This document shows, piece by piece, positions 1 through 11,460 of a DNA stretch of 64,000 nt (positions are counted from its first letter, which is position 1; each line of letters starts with the position of its first letter). Location of the stretch: contig JAQGDQ010000066.1 in assembly GCA_030141605.1 (NCBI GenBank), forward strand, positions 496,001 to 560,000. Reading direction: 5' to 3'. Under the pieces are notes generated by a model. The model saw only the letters and a list, made by a program, of their open reading frames with translations, made no database searches and had not been told where the DNA came from. Made by a program: the position numbers and the translations under genes. Source of the stretch: Tubiluchus corallicola (lineage: Eukaryota > Animalia > Priapulida).

Positions 1-359
1 ATGGTTCATGTTTCTCATTTGATAAATTTTAATAAACAGTGGGAGGGTACGACGTTTGTAAATGGGTTTTTCACAATGTTCACGTGACCTATTGTTTCAG
101 CAAATTTAATTTTCGTGTATAATGTCAATCGAGGACGTAAGGCTGCAAAAGTCTAAAATGCAAACCGAAGGTGTTTGCGTGATAATAATTATTAAATTTC
201 TGGATCAGTTTGAGTTTTTCTTAAACAATTTTAACAGATCAAGTCACCTATAAACATGACGAAAATTCAAATTCCATTCATTATGCATTGTTACGTTGTA
301 AGACATTTTACTATTACTTCGTTAAGCATGGGCCTTTTCTCACTGATTTTGCATTTCAG

Positions 360-3125
360 GTAAATGTTGTTGAAAGTGACATAACAAAATTGGCTTCGGA
401 CTATACAGTTAACGAGCTGGAATTATTCAAGAAAATGGTAAAAATTACTGTTCTGTAATGATAATGCAAATGTCTAAAAATTAGATTTTTGTGTGGTAAA
501 GTTTAATAAACAACCAAAACTAACCACTTTGAATACTTCATGAACTTTGTCCTATGTCTAAAAAATGCCAAAGTTATTGATTAAAAATTGCAAAAATTAA
601 AGTCATATTCTGTGGTTCTTTTATAATTTCATATGTTGCCACGAAAAAAACTTAATTACTAAAAAACAAGTAGGGACTTGTATACCCCTCTTAGGTAAAT
701 TTCGCTGGAAAAGAATAATTTGACGTTTTCACAATGTGTAGTGATTACGAAACAATGGTGTATTTTATCTGGTGATGAAAAAGCTCATAATTGTATCGTC
801 AGTAAATAACTATATTATGCTCAACTGCTGGCGATCAGGGTGTACCAAAAATTGTGCACAGCACGCAGTTACACTATCTTGTCTTCCAATTCAGCAAATA
901 ACTGACATATTACCTAGTTTGTTACACATAATCAAATACTACATTTCTGTTTTTAAGAAAGCAATTTTGAAATTTGTGTTTTAAAAGGAATTATACTTTT
1001 CCCTTTTCAAAACAGTAATGACTGATTGTCATTTATGATTGCTTTCAGATTGGTGTAATGGTGGAGTCTGATTCCGGTGTCATTTCTTCTATAGAAGCAC
1101 TAAATCTCACCGAAACTCTGGAGAAAAAAATGACCAAGTCAGCTGCTGAAGGATTCATAAAGCAGCTTATTGCTGACAAGTGGCTGCATCAGGTACAATG
1201 CGGCTATTGTTTCTTTATAGATATTTACTCGTTTTAGTGCCCATGCCTAATTAAAGGCCCATCCGAATATATGCTTAATGAAATAGAATGGAAAACACAA
1301 TAAGTGCCCATGTTTGAATAGCCATCCTGGCACAAGTCAATGTATTGAAAGAATTTTGTAATTTTAGTTCATATACCTAACTTTACTATTGCCCATTCTT
1401 GTTAACATATTAACGTAACTTATTAACGCAATCAGATTAACGTAAAAAGGCGCGAATGTTTATAAAATGCCATAATACCTGTCCCCATCTCATTTGTGGA
1501 GATAACACATATTTATTTAATAGTGTTTTCATCCGATACCCGAATAATTGACAAAGCCTGATAAATGAAAATTCAATTGTCATTCTATCAATCATTTAGG
1601 TGTAGCAGGCTTAAAATACTGTGGAAAAGCTAAAAGGTTGATTAGTTTTCTTAAACTGTCGCAGTTTACTGCAAAAACTAAATATTTACACATTTATGTG
1701 ATGGTGGCTTCGTCGCCTTTACCTGCCTTACGCATTCCATCCTAGCAATGGATGAGTGACCATGAGTCTTCAACGGTAAAATTTACAGCATGATCCGAAG
1801 CACGGTGTGCAAATATGCATATGCTATACTGCTACGGATAAATTTGGCATACAAAAGACTAAAAAGTAATAAGTGGCTTTAAGAGCCCATACTTCTTCAT
1901 TAAACGCCTGTTTCTATATTGGTCCAGTAATTGGTTTAGTTTAAAAAATAAGAGCCCAGCCTCTAAAATGATAGTAAATATGATAGTTCTTTGTTATTCA
2001 TTTACCCATGAGGTAGTTATATCATTTGTGACTGTTACTGCAATTGTGCAATAAGTTTTTTGCTCTTTTGTTCCCTTCTTGTTGTTTCCACCTGTCACTA
2101 ATATTTGTGTATATAAATTACTCGATACTCTGAAGGCGTGAAAGACCTTTTTGTGCTGAAACTTATTTTTGTTGTTTAGGACCAAGGTGAGATAACCCTA
2201 GCAGTTAGAGCATTAATTGAACTCGATCAATACCTGCGTCAGACATATCAGGGGATACTACTTTCGTGTAACATTTGCGGTCAAATTGCCCTCAAGGTAA
2301 TGCTTGTTTTCAAGATTTTTGTCTTCAAAACAGATGTTGTATTTTGAAATTTATCACTCGATTTTGGGTAATATTGTAATCACTGCTTACTTCCTTAATA
2401 AAAAGGCATTATTTAAGGGTGCATAGGTTTTTGATTCAGCTATTTAATATTTGCAAATTAACTGATAATTGCATGCCAATGCTAGTGTTAACATTCACAT
2501 CTACATATGGTACTTTGTACATGCACTTGCCTTACCAATTGCATTCTGCATTTACTAAACTTTAATATATATATATGCGTGCGTGCGTGTGTATATTTGA
2601 AAAAAAGCTTGTTTCCAAAACAAATTTATTTGCAGAGTCAAAAATGTGTTAAGTGTGAGACAAAAATGCACTTGCACTGTGCCAGCAGATACTTCATGGA
2701 CAGAGAACCGCATGTTTGTCCCAGATGTAAACAGGCATGGGAACATGAGATTAGACGTAAGCATTTCGCTTGTTCATTCATTGCTGTCTAAAACTCGGTA
2801 TGAATTATTGTTCATTGCTATTTGCTTAACAACTGTTTAACACAAAGTGATTGCCATTTATGGTTTGAGTATTTTAAGTTACTAAAAGGTTTCTTATGTT
2901 TCACCATAATTTTGCAAGTTTAATGTCCAATAACATTATGTAAGATTAAAGAATACCATCTACTGTTCTTCCTGTAGCATTACCGTTGTGAAATGTCAAT
3001 GATTTTATGAATCAGTGCTTCTATTTTCAGCACACAGAAAACGAAAAAACCCGAGTCAGGATTCTGCAACAGATAACTCGGGTGCAGAGGAGCCGCAGCC
3101 TGGAACCAGTGGGGCATCTAGGTAG
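360..3125 (+). CDS. NSMCE1: Non-structural maintenance of chromosomes element 1 (Smc5/6 subunit, RING-like), 5'-partial, 5 coding exons
   Basis: GT-AG exons 360-437, 1049-1192, 2180-2296, 2636-2756 and 3031-3125 join in frame: VNVVESDITKLASDYTVNELELFKKM / IGVMVESDSG...FIKQLIADKWLHQ / DQGEITLAVRALIELDQYLRQTY...SCNICGQIALK / SQKCVKCETKMHLHCASRYF...CPRCKQAWEHEI...stop. This matches the Nse1 winged-helix region and C-terminal RING-like finger. Earlier exons lie upstream of the window. Confidence 0.93.
1217..1985. mobile_element. Old non-autonomous DNA transposon (MITE-like) in an NSMCE1 intron
   Basis: Decayed inverted ends (ATATTTACTCGTTTTAG... and ...CTAAAATGATAGTAAATATG) with repeated subterminal GTGCCCAT/GAGCCCA motifs. 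No clean TSD. Confidence 0.35.
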
Positions 3126-3699
3126 CCAACTTCATAAAGCATTTTTCTCAAGATTCTAGGTGTTGTTAGGAGATTTGTAAACTTTATTGAAGCTGATAGC
3201 ATCTGCCACCAGTATCTTTCACAAGTTAATTCGAAAGGTCAGAGAGCATTTGTTGCTTTTGTACATAGTTGACGTACATAGTTACTAATTTATTTTTGAG
3301 ATTGTAAGTCTTGAACTTACCAGAAAGCATTTTTGGTAACTTTTAAAGCGTCAGCATTTAGTGCGCTTAGTGCTAATATGTTCTCCTTCAATGTCGAATA
3401 TATACGAATTAATATTAATATGAATATGATTATTAATATGAATTAGTCACTTTTAGGCAGTTGATGTTTAACATCATGTATAGCAAATTAATTGATAAAT
3501 TATTGCTTACATAGTTTAAGATGAAGAAATAAAATTATTGCGATCATTAAAAGTAGGAGTTACGTCAATAATTACGTAAAAATCTTTTGGGGATAAACTA
3601 AAAAAACCTTTATTCTGTCTATTTTATTTTGCATTTATTGTGAAAATTGATGTAAAAGATATAAAATGTAAATAATTCACTTGTGTTATATATATTCAA

Positions 3700-4085
3700 T
3701 AGGGCTGAGACGGTTAACTGTTAACCGACCACTAACTGGTTTAACCGTTTAGAAAATCACTAACCACTTAACCGTTACTTAGGCAAGTTTTTTACGTATC
3801 CATATTAATTACGTATCCAGCGTACATAAAATTGTACTATATATAACATTTTTTCAATTTATCTGTTTGCCTCAGAAGCACTAAATTGTAAAATGTTTTT
3901 CACTCTCGTGTGTTACGAGGATGGTGCCATTTTGGACATTCTCGCTAGTGAGTGCTAGATTTGAACCGCACCCCTTACTCGTGCAAGTCATGTGTATTCT
4001 TATATGTATGACATCATCGGGAACGATTAACCGCAATTAATAACGGTTATATGGTTAGTTAAAAAGTCCAAGTGTCTCACCTCTA
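3700..4085. mobile_element. hAT-type MITE in the WSCD 3' UTR
   Basis: 12-bp TIR TAGGGCTGAGAC / GTCTCACCTCTA (2 mismatches). Flanks ATATTCAA and ATATTTCAA form a near 8-bp TSD. Multiple subterminal TTAACCG/CGGTTA motifs at both ends. Confidence 0.65.
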
Positions 4086-4097
4086 ATATTTCAATCA

Positions 4098-7000
4098 TCA
4101 AGAAGGCATATAGTCGCTAGGAATATTTGGATGGTGATTATTGCACAACAGTTGTGATACTTCTTTTATATAAGACTCTGCTATGCTTTTTAATTTTACT
4201 GAAAATGGATCAAATTCTTTGCTGCTATTTTTTGTGGCAACAGGTCTCTTAAATGCACCTTGACTGTTCGAAATAGCACATTGTAGTTTGTCTTCATAAA
4301 TCCTCTGACCGAGAAAATGCATAACTCGTTTAAGCTGATTCATTAAATCAGATTGTAGCTGTTCATAATGTACCACTAGTAGAGGTTTGACCAGTTGCAG
4401 ATATTCTGTATGAATAATGCGCCACCACTGTAGATGTTGTTCAGCATAATTTCGAAAATCTGTAAAAAAGGATCCATTATTACAAAAATTACTGTTACCC
4501 ATGCGTCCATTATTAAAGAAATTACAGAAACCCATGCGTAGATTAAATTTCTTGGAATTTGTGATCAGAGCCCTCGTAACATCCGACAGGGAGAAAAATG
4601 CTGGAAAGAGGCAGGAGAATTTTTAAATATTACTGTAATTTATGCATCTGCAAATTTTTGCATTTGCCCTTCCTTGCAAAATTCGCAAACATTTCCAGCA
4701 TGCACTAACTTTACAGTTTACAGTATTTTTTCTGTCATTAACGCCATTGTTGTTGTCGATTATGATAATTACGAAAGCATTGATGATGACGATGTCAATG
4801 CTGTTCGCACAGAAATTTGAGTGTGTTTCCTTGCTGTAAATAATTTTAAGTTATCTCACGTGCAGTATCAAGTTTTCTCAGATCCATCTGCCCGATGTGG
4901 TTGTTACCACCTTTCTTCCTCTTTCCAGAAAACTGCCGCTTGTAATCTGCAATGGTTGCATGATACGGATTACGCATCAGCAGTATTGCTCCAGTTTCAT
5001 TGTATTTCTTTGAACAATTATCTGAGCTGTGTTCCTTTTCAACTATTGTGCTGCCTGGTAGATGTAGGCCTTCTCCTAAAAATCCTGAATTTGATAAAAA
5101 AGAAAGACAACTAATTCTGTAATTCATTTGCATTGGCATTGCATTTTGACACATATTACACTACTGTATTGTCTATACAAATGCATAACAGTTGCATTCA
5201 CACAATTATGTATGGGTTATGTTAGTCGCAAAAGGTCTGTACGTACTGAACTGTGCAAGACAAATTGCTTCACACAGAACGTCAACTCTTGTGCTATATG
5301 TGTGGTTAACTAATAACCCTAGTAAACGTTTGCTAAAATTACATATAACAAAGTTGGAAAAATAGTGCTTAATGAGTGTACACATGAGCAAATCCACATC
5401 TATATTGTTACATACGGATTTTGTCTCGTGTGCAGCAGGTAGATGCATTTGGGTAAAGCACAATTGATGATCAATGTGTCTGAAGCTTATTTAAAGATTT
5501 TTGTCTTAAAAGACATTGGGCAATGGATATTACTGTTTTCACCAATTTTATCTCATTTAATTTATCACTTCTTAAACCTCACACTATGCATTATCAGCAC
5601 TAGTATGCCTGACATTCTATCAATCAAAGTATTTTTATTTTTTTTACTTTGATTAGTATATGGTGGCTGAGGTTACTATTAGTTTATTGTGATTGAAATC
5701 ACAGTAATAGTTGAAATTTTTTACCTGCTTTTATGAAGTATGGATCGTGATATCTTGATCCCGTAAATGTTCCTGTCATTAGTTCGATCAAATGTCTTAG
5801 CCACGTGTTTCCCGATCCAGGAAGACTTACCAGACCAACTGGCTTGTACGTCTTTTCTGGTGCCATGACTATTATCCCACATCGTAAATCTGTAAACATA
5901 AGTGACAAACATGGCTTTTGGTTTCTGATACAATCGTATCAGTTTCTAAATAGTTATCATTTATATAGATATGTGTCAAAAGTATAGAAAGATTATTTTG
6001 TTATGAGATTTGTTTGCTAGAGAAGCTATACAGCAGCAATATTTTAAATATTTTTTTCAAAACTGCTAGTCATTAATGCAACTTTCTCATTATAGTAACA
6101 TATGCCATTCTGTGCATATGGTTTTACCATCAACTCTTTTGGTAAACTTCTGCAGTGCATAGACTTCAGCCATGCTTGCGTTTTTGCATTCTACAATCTT
6201 CTTCACATTTTGGACTATGGCTGGGGTTCTATTGTTCTTTGCAGTGCGTCTATTGTTCTTTGCAGCACGTTTAAGTAATGCAGCTATCTTGATGGCAAGT
6301 GTCTCAAGTCCTAGTTCGCTAGCATTTCCGCAGTAGCAGGTCGATCTAACACTTGGATTAACCACGATGTACAATTGCTTGAGACGATTCCTAAGAATAA
6401 TAAAACTTTCTAAATGCCTATTTTATAGTTCTAATAAGATGTTTAAAAAACATATTTCCAAAATTCACAAATTTCTTTGTCGCGGCAACCTGCTGTTGGT
6501 GCAGACGTCGTTTCATATATAGTCTTTTAAACATATTTTTTATTTTACTTTATTTCTTCTTGCAAAGTCTTACTTTAGATATTTTAAACAAATGAAAGCA
6601 GAACTGGTTTAAAAGCAGTGATAAGTGTCTTTTAAAAACTGCAGTGATTAAAAGTCTATCGGTGTTAAGTATTGACTTGAATTACGTGCTTCAGGCATAT
6701 CATGTGTGAAACCGTGCATGTCCTTTTGGCAACTACATTTCTGCAACCAACATTTCATTGACAACTTGCGTGCTGATGTTTTACAAGGTACGCTGTGTAC
6801 GTTAGAACTCGCGCATTAATTTGTGTACAAAATGATTATTAATGATGATTAATGATTTTCAAACAAAATGAGCTTTAAATATAGAAAATGTGAGAGTCAG
6901 GACACAGTCTGGATTTGAACCAGGGAGCTTGTACCTACATGGCAAATGCCTTAACCACTAAACTGCCGTGCTCCCAGAAAATGCAACAATCTGGATTTGA

Positions 7001-10000
7001 ACCAGGGACCTTCTGCTTACCTACAGCATGCCTTTACCACTAGACTACTGTGTCTCCAGTCAGTGAGCATGATAAGTTTTAGTTAATATGTATGGCTGGC
7101 CAACCAGTTCACCATTTCATAGGTTTGTTCGCTCATGCTAGCAGCTAGAGTAATACTAACAAATCAATTTGTAAGTCAAAATTTTCCATAGATGAAATTT
7201 GAACTAGCATGGTGAACCAACATAGTAAAGGCTGATATATGTATATATGTGGGCCAACGATAAGAAGTAGCTAGGACCTGTCATGGTTGCTGGCGATATC
7301 TAGCAGTGATGTCATCCGAGTAAGCAGAAGGTTCGAATCTAAGTTACGTCCGACTTTTTCATATTTCCTATCTTTTGAGCATTTTAGTATGTATAAACAA
7401 ATTCTATTAATTGTGGGTACGTTTCTTCATCATTTCATCATATTTTGACTACAGTAAAAATTAAATTTTACAAGGTCCTGTGCCATGTGGCTGTTTACTC
7501 ACTTAATGAGTGGATTCATCTGATGTGCTCCTAGCTTTAGATTCCTTAGTTGGCATTGTTGTACACAGTACTTGCGGAAATCTTTGTCTGCAGGAGCATG
7601 GATCTTCAGACCAATGTTTCTACCAGTTGGCTCAGCCAAACACCCAAACAGAGATACTACAGTGTGTATAAACAAACGCTTTAATTTGTAATTTAGATTT
7701 TGTCATATAAGTGCATTGACTGAACACCATAGCAAAATAACATTTGTGTGTGAATAAACACAATCACAAAAGAGCACAGAGCTTACAATAATTAAAATTG
7801 CAAGAAGAAATACAAAAAGCACAAAGTTACAAGTGCTAGTCAACAACACAAGAACAACAAAAAGCACAAATTGTCACAAAAATAGTGAGGTAAGAACAGG
7901 AGAAGTCTGTAAGTTTTATCAAAAAGCCTTTGGATTCTTTCGAAAAATGTAGACAATTGAGCCATTTTGTGATTGGTTTGCCAGGAAAAAACTGCTTGTG
8001 CCATAACCTGCGTGGTGTCTCCTTTGATTATGGCTATTAAAACCACAGTTGTGCAAATGGGTGGAAAACCCATCATTTGGATTTCCCTCATAACATTTTA
8101 CTTTTTCACCACGTCACTTAATACTTAAACAGTGTATTTTGTCACGATGTACATGATTAAGCAACAAAAATAAACTAAATCTCCAATAAATGTTCACAGC
8201 AGAAGCAAAATAATAAAAGCATGTTCCGTCTCACAAATTATATTTGAGCATTGTTGTTATTTGCGTATGTGATGTGCAAAGAGACCACAAATTATTCTAA
8301 TTCTGATTCTAATTTTACCACCTGGATTCAATTGGGACATATAGGTACCATTTAGCAACATGGATTAATTTTTTGCTTATTTAGTTACACCCTTTTTTGG
8401 AGGTAGATGATTTTAAACTGTTTGCTTGCAATATTTAGAGGATTTCTGAAAAAACGTCTAAAACTGTGGATGAAACAAATGATAATTATTATTATTTATT
8501 TTAAAAGATAGAATGGTGTGTCCAGAATCCAATTGTCTTGTGGTGAAACATCCTGTGTCTAAATGACTGTTTGAAAATGTTTGCACACTGTGTGCAAGAT
8601 TAGATTAGATTATGTTTATTTATCTCCTATATGAACATTGAAATATTTGGTACATGCATGTATATAATATATTGACAAAGAGTACTGGTTTGGAGAAAGT
8701 GTGATGACAGAGGGAATTCCAGAAGAAGTTCACCAGGAAGCATTAAGGATACCTGCAGGGTCCAAAACCATTCTTTTTTAGGAGCATTTTCCAATTACAT
8801 TGATAAACTTATACCAGTGTCATACCAAATTGACTAAATCCAGCCAAAATAGACCTCTGACAGATGAGACACAGGTAGACCAGACCAGATCGAACCAGGC
8901 CTATACTGTACATAGAGCAGAAATAAACTAACCCAATGACCACGACCAGACCTACGTTAGTCATTTACATTATGCATCATTTTTTGTTACGTAATGATGC
9001 CTAACGACGAATTTTGTGTTGCCAAATGTTGCATTGTTACACAATGAGTCTTGACTCTTTTATGTATCTCACCAATGTTCGTGGCAAAGCCGAGTGTTTA
9101 TGATGTCAGCTTCAAATTAATGTTCACTATACTAGTGTTACTACGTAATGATAAGTTAATTCAAAATAAGAGAGGTTTACAGGTTTTTTGGAAACGTTTC
9201 TATAATACTTAGATGTCACATACAATTATAAATGCTGTTAGAACGTGGTATTATACTTTTTCATTGTTTTTTAGCATTGCTTATTTGGAATGGTCTATTA
9301 AGTTCTTTAAACGTTACTATTGCCGACGGGGCGTTTATGAACATGAATGCTCTGACATCATTTACGACGGCTGTTTACCACTGCTAATGACGAAAGTCTA
9401 CGTTCTGAACATTGATGTCCAGAAAATGCCCCTATTACCAAATGAAATACTCTCTAGAGTGCCAAGGCACCCAGTGGCCAGTGAAGTAATCGTGACTGCC
9501 GCGCGTCGCGTGCTTTTTTGCTGTAGATGCATTCATTGTTTCAATCTATTGTTTAATAGCTCGTTGGAGTGCAATTACACTGTATGTACAGACTGAACAC
9601 TACTAAAATTACATGGTACCTATTGTGTTTTAAGAAATTGGTTTAGACCTTAGTGATAAACTTCAGAATTGGGTTTAGACTTTTTTGTGATAAGCTTTAA
9701 TCTCTTTTAGTGATCGATACATCCTAGCTGGTTTACGAGAAAAATCGGGTGAATGAATAAATCAGGTAATGTAATTACTGCCTTCAATAATTAGAGTTCT
9801 CACCTCCTTTGAAAGATCTCTCATAGGCGACACTGGCTTCATTTTGCGTCACTTGTTTGACACGTTCTTGCACGCCGTTTACTCCGTTGCACAACGACAC
9901 GTTTTTGCCTATTCTGCCAGCGGCAGAAGACTGGTGTGTGTTAAATAACTTGAACATTGTCACAAATTCGTGGCTTTTCCTTTCTGAAATGTGAGGCTTA

Positions 10001-10101
10001 TCCACACTCAGCATTAGCAAAATATTCACCGTGGAGAAAAATACAATTGCTGACACTAACGGGAAAATGGTGTGATTACATTCTTGCTGCAAGGCTACCA
10101 T
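4098..10101 (-). CDS. WSCD: WSC domain-containing sulfotransferase (WSCD1/WSCD2 family), 6 coding exons, about 490 aa
   Basis: Phase-compatible exons 10101-9804, 7656-7503, 6390-6128, 5889-5725, 5084-4860 and 4459-4098. N-terminal TM anchor (IFPLVSAIVFFSTVNILLML), WSC-like cysteines (FGCL...YCVQQCQ...TCYCGN), PAPS-binding loop SLPGSGNTWLRHLIE, AILLMRNPYHA and LLVVHYEQL motifs. Confidence 0.85.
6899..7057 (-). pseudogene. Two tandem degenerate tRNA-like sequences, part of a repeat element
   Basis: Each unit of about 75 nt has an A-box (TAGTCTAGTGG / CAGTTTAGTGG) and a B-box (GGTTCAAATCC) at tRNA spacing. Acceptor and anticodon stems pair poorly. Confidence 0.6.
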
Positions 10102-10597
10102 AGTTTTTGGTACATTTGTACTGTAGGTTGCGCACTTTTGTGGCGATAATTATTCACAAAAAAACAATCGAGCTGCCGCTTGTAGTAACAATGACGCTTA
10201 ACGGCAATCTAGGCCTGCAGTAATTTCTCAACTAGCCAACTATCATGTTGTAGTGATATAGGTGATAAGTTTGTTAACCTATACACAAGCGATTAACCCT
10301 GGTTTGCTGTAGGCATTCTGAATTTCTTTAACAGTCCTCACGTGTACAGTTGGTAACAGTTATAAAACTGGAATTTTCGTAGAAGGCGTACTTTTGTTAG
10401 CGACTGAAACATTCTTATACTGCCAGACCTAAAAATCCGAATCGAAAGAATTTAAGATTTCTAAATATGAAGCCACATAGCTATACTACACTTTACCTCG
10501 ACACACTACAAGGTACAATCCAGCACTTAACAATGGCCTTGCTAATAAAATTAAATACTGTAATCATTTGGCAGGATGCGCAGTAAGTTTGATTCAA

Positions 10598-11460
10598 GTA
10601 AATTTCGTCCCGGTAATTTTGTTATTAGGAAATTAAGGTGCCAGGGAAATTTGTCACTGAGAATTTTTGGTACAAGAAAATTTTAGCACTGGGAAAGTTC
10701 GACACCATGACAATGTAATACAGGTATAGTGTGGACTGTTTGGTATTGATATCTGGTACAGTGTAAAAATAGTACGCACCAGATTTAGTGCTAGGTAAGT
10801 TTAGTAGTGGTAAAATGTGGTACGTACAGGGAAAATTTGATGCAAGGAAAGCATGGTACTATGAAAACATCTTTTATATATAAGCTAATCGAAAATGTTA
10901 TAGAGATTTATACTGTTGCATTTGTTTTTTTTGTTCACTTGCTTGTTTGTTATTTCATTCACAGTCGTTGTTGCTGTTGCTGTGCTGCTGCTGTTGCCCT
11001 ACCATTATTGTAGTTTTTTTACTGTTGTTATTGTCGATGTCATCGTCGTTGCTGCTGATGCTGTTGTTGTCATTGTTCTTATTCTAGCATGTTTCTTGCT
11101 TGATGTTGTTTTTGTTATCATCAATGTCATTGTCTTCACCGTCATCATTGTTGCATTTCTTTCGTTGCTGTTTCAGTTATTTTGTAATGAGATAATACAA
11201 ATACTCTGCTTTCTGTTTATTACCAAACTTTCCTAGTACAAAATTTTCCTAGTACCATATTTTCTTCATACCAAAATTTCCTTGTACCACACTCTTAAAA
11301 CTACTGAACATCCCTGGTACCATATTTTTCTCCTATATTTCCGACAAACATTCCCTATAATAGATTTTCCTAGTACCAAAAATTCCTTGTACCTAAAGGT
11401 CATAATACAAAATTGGACCAAAATTGCCATGTACTAAAAATTCATGGTAACAGATTTACC
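10598..11460. mobile_element. Decayed fold-back/MITE-like element with modular inverted arms
   Basis: Roughly 19-bp subrepeats (AATTTTTGGTACTAGGAAA-like) at about 10600-10870 and their reverse complements at about 11220-11460. They flank a GTT/GCT/GTC low-complexity tract (about 10915-11175). Confidence 0.5.

Noticed and set aside
6899-7057. Functional tRNA genes
   Set aside because: A and B boxes are present but the stems are disrupted and no credible anticodon arm forms.
9213-9596. 127-aa ORF antisense within WSCD intron 1
   Set aside because: No recognisable motif or flanking exon structure.
10916-11236. Hydrophobic 106-aa ORF resembling a membrane protein
   Set aside because: Low-complexity GTT/GCT/GTC tract inside a fold-back repeat; no ATG start and no splice support.
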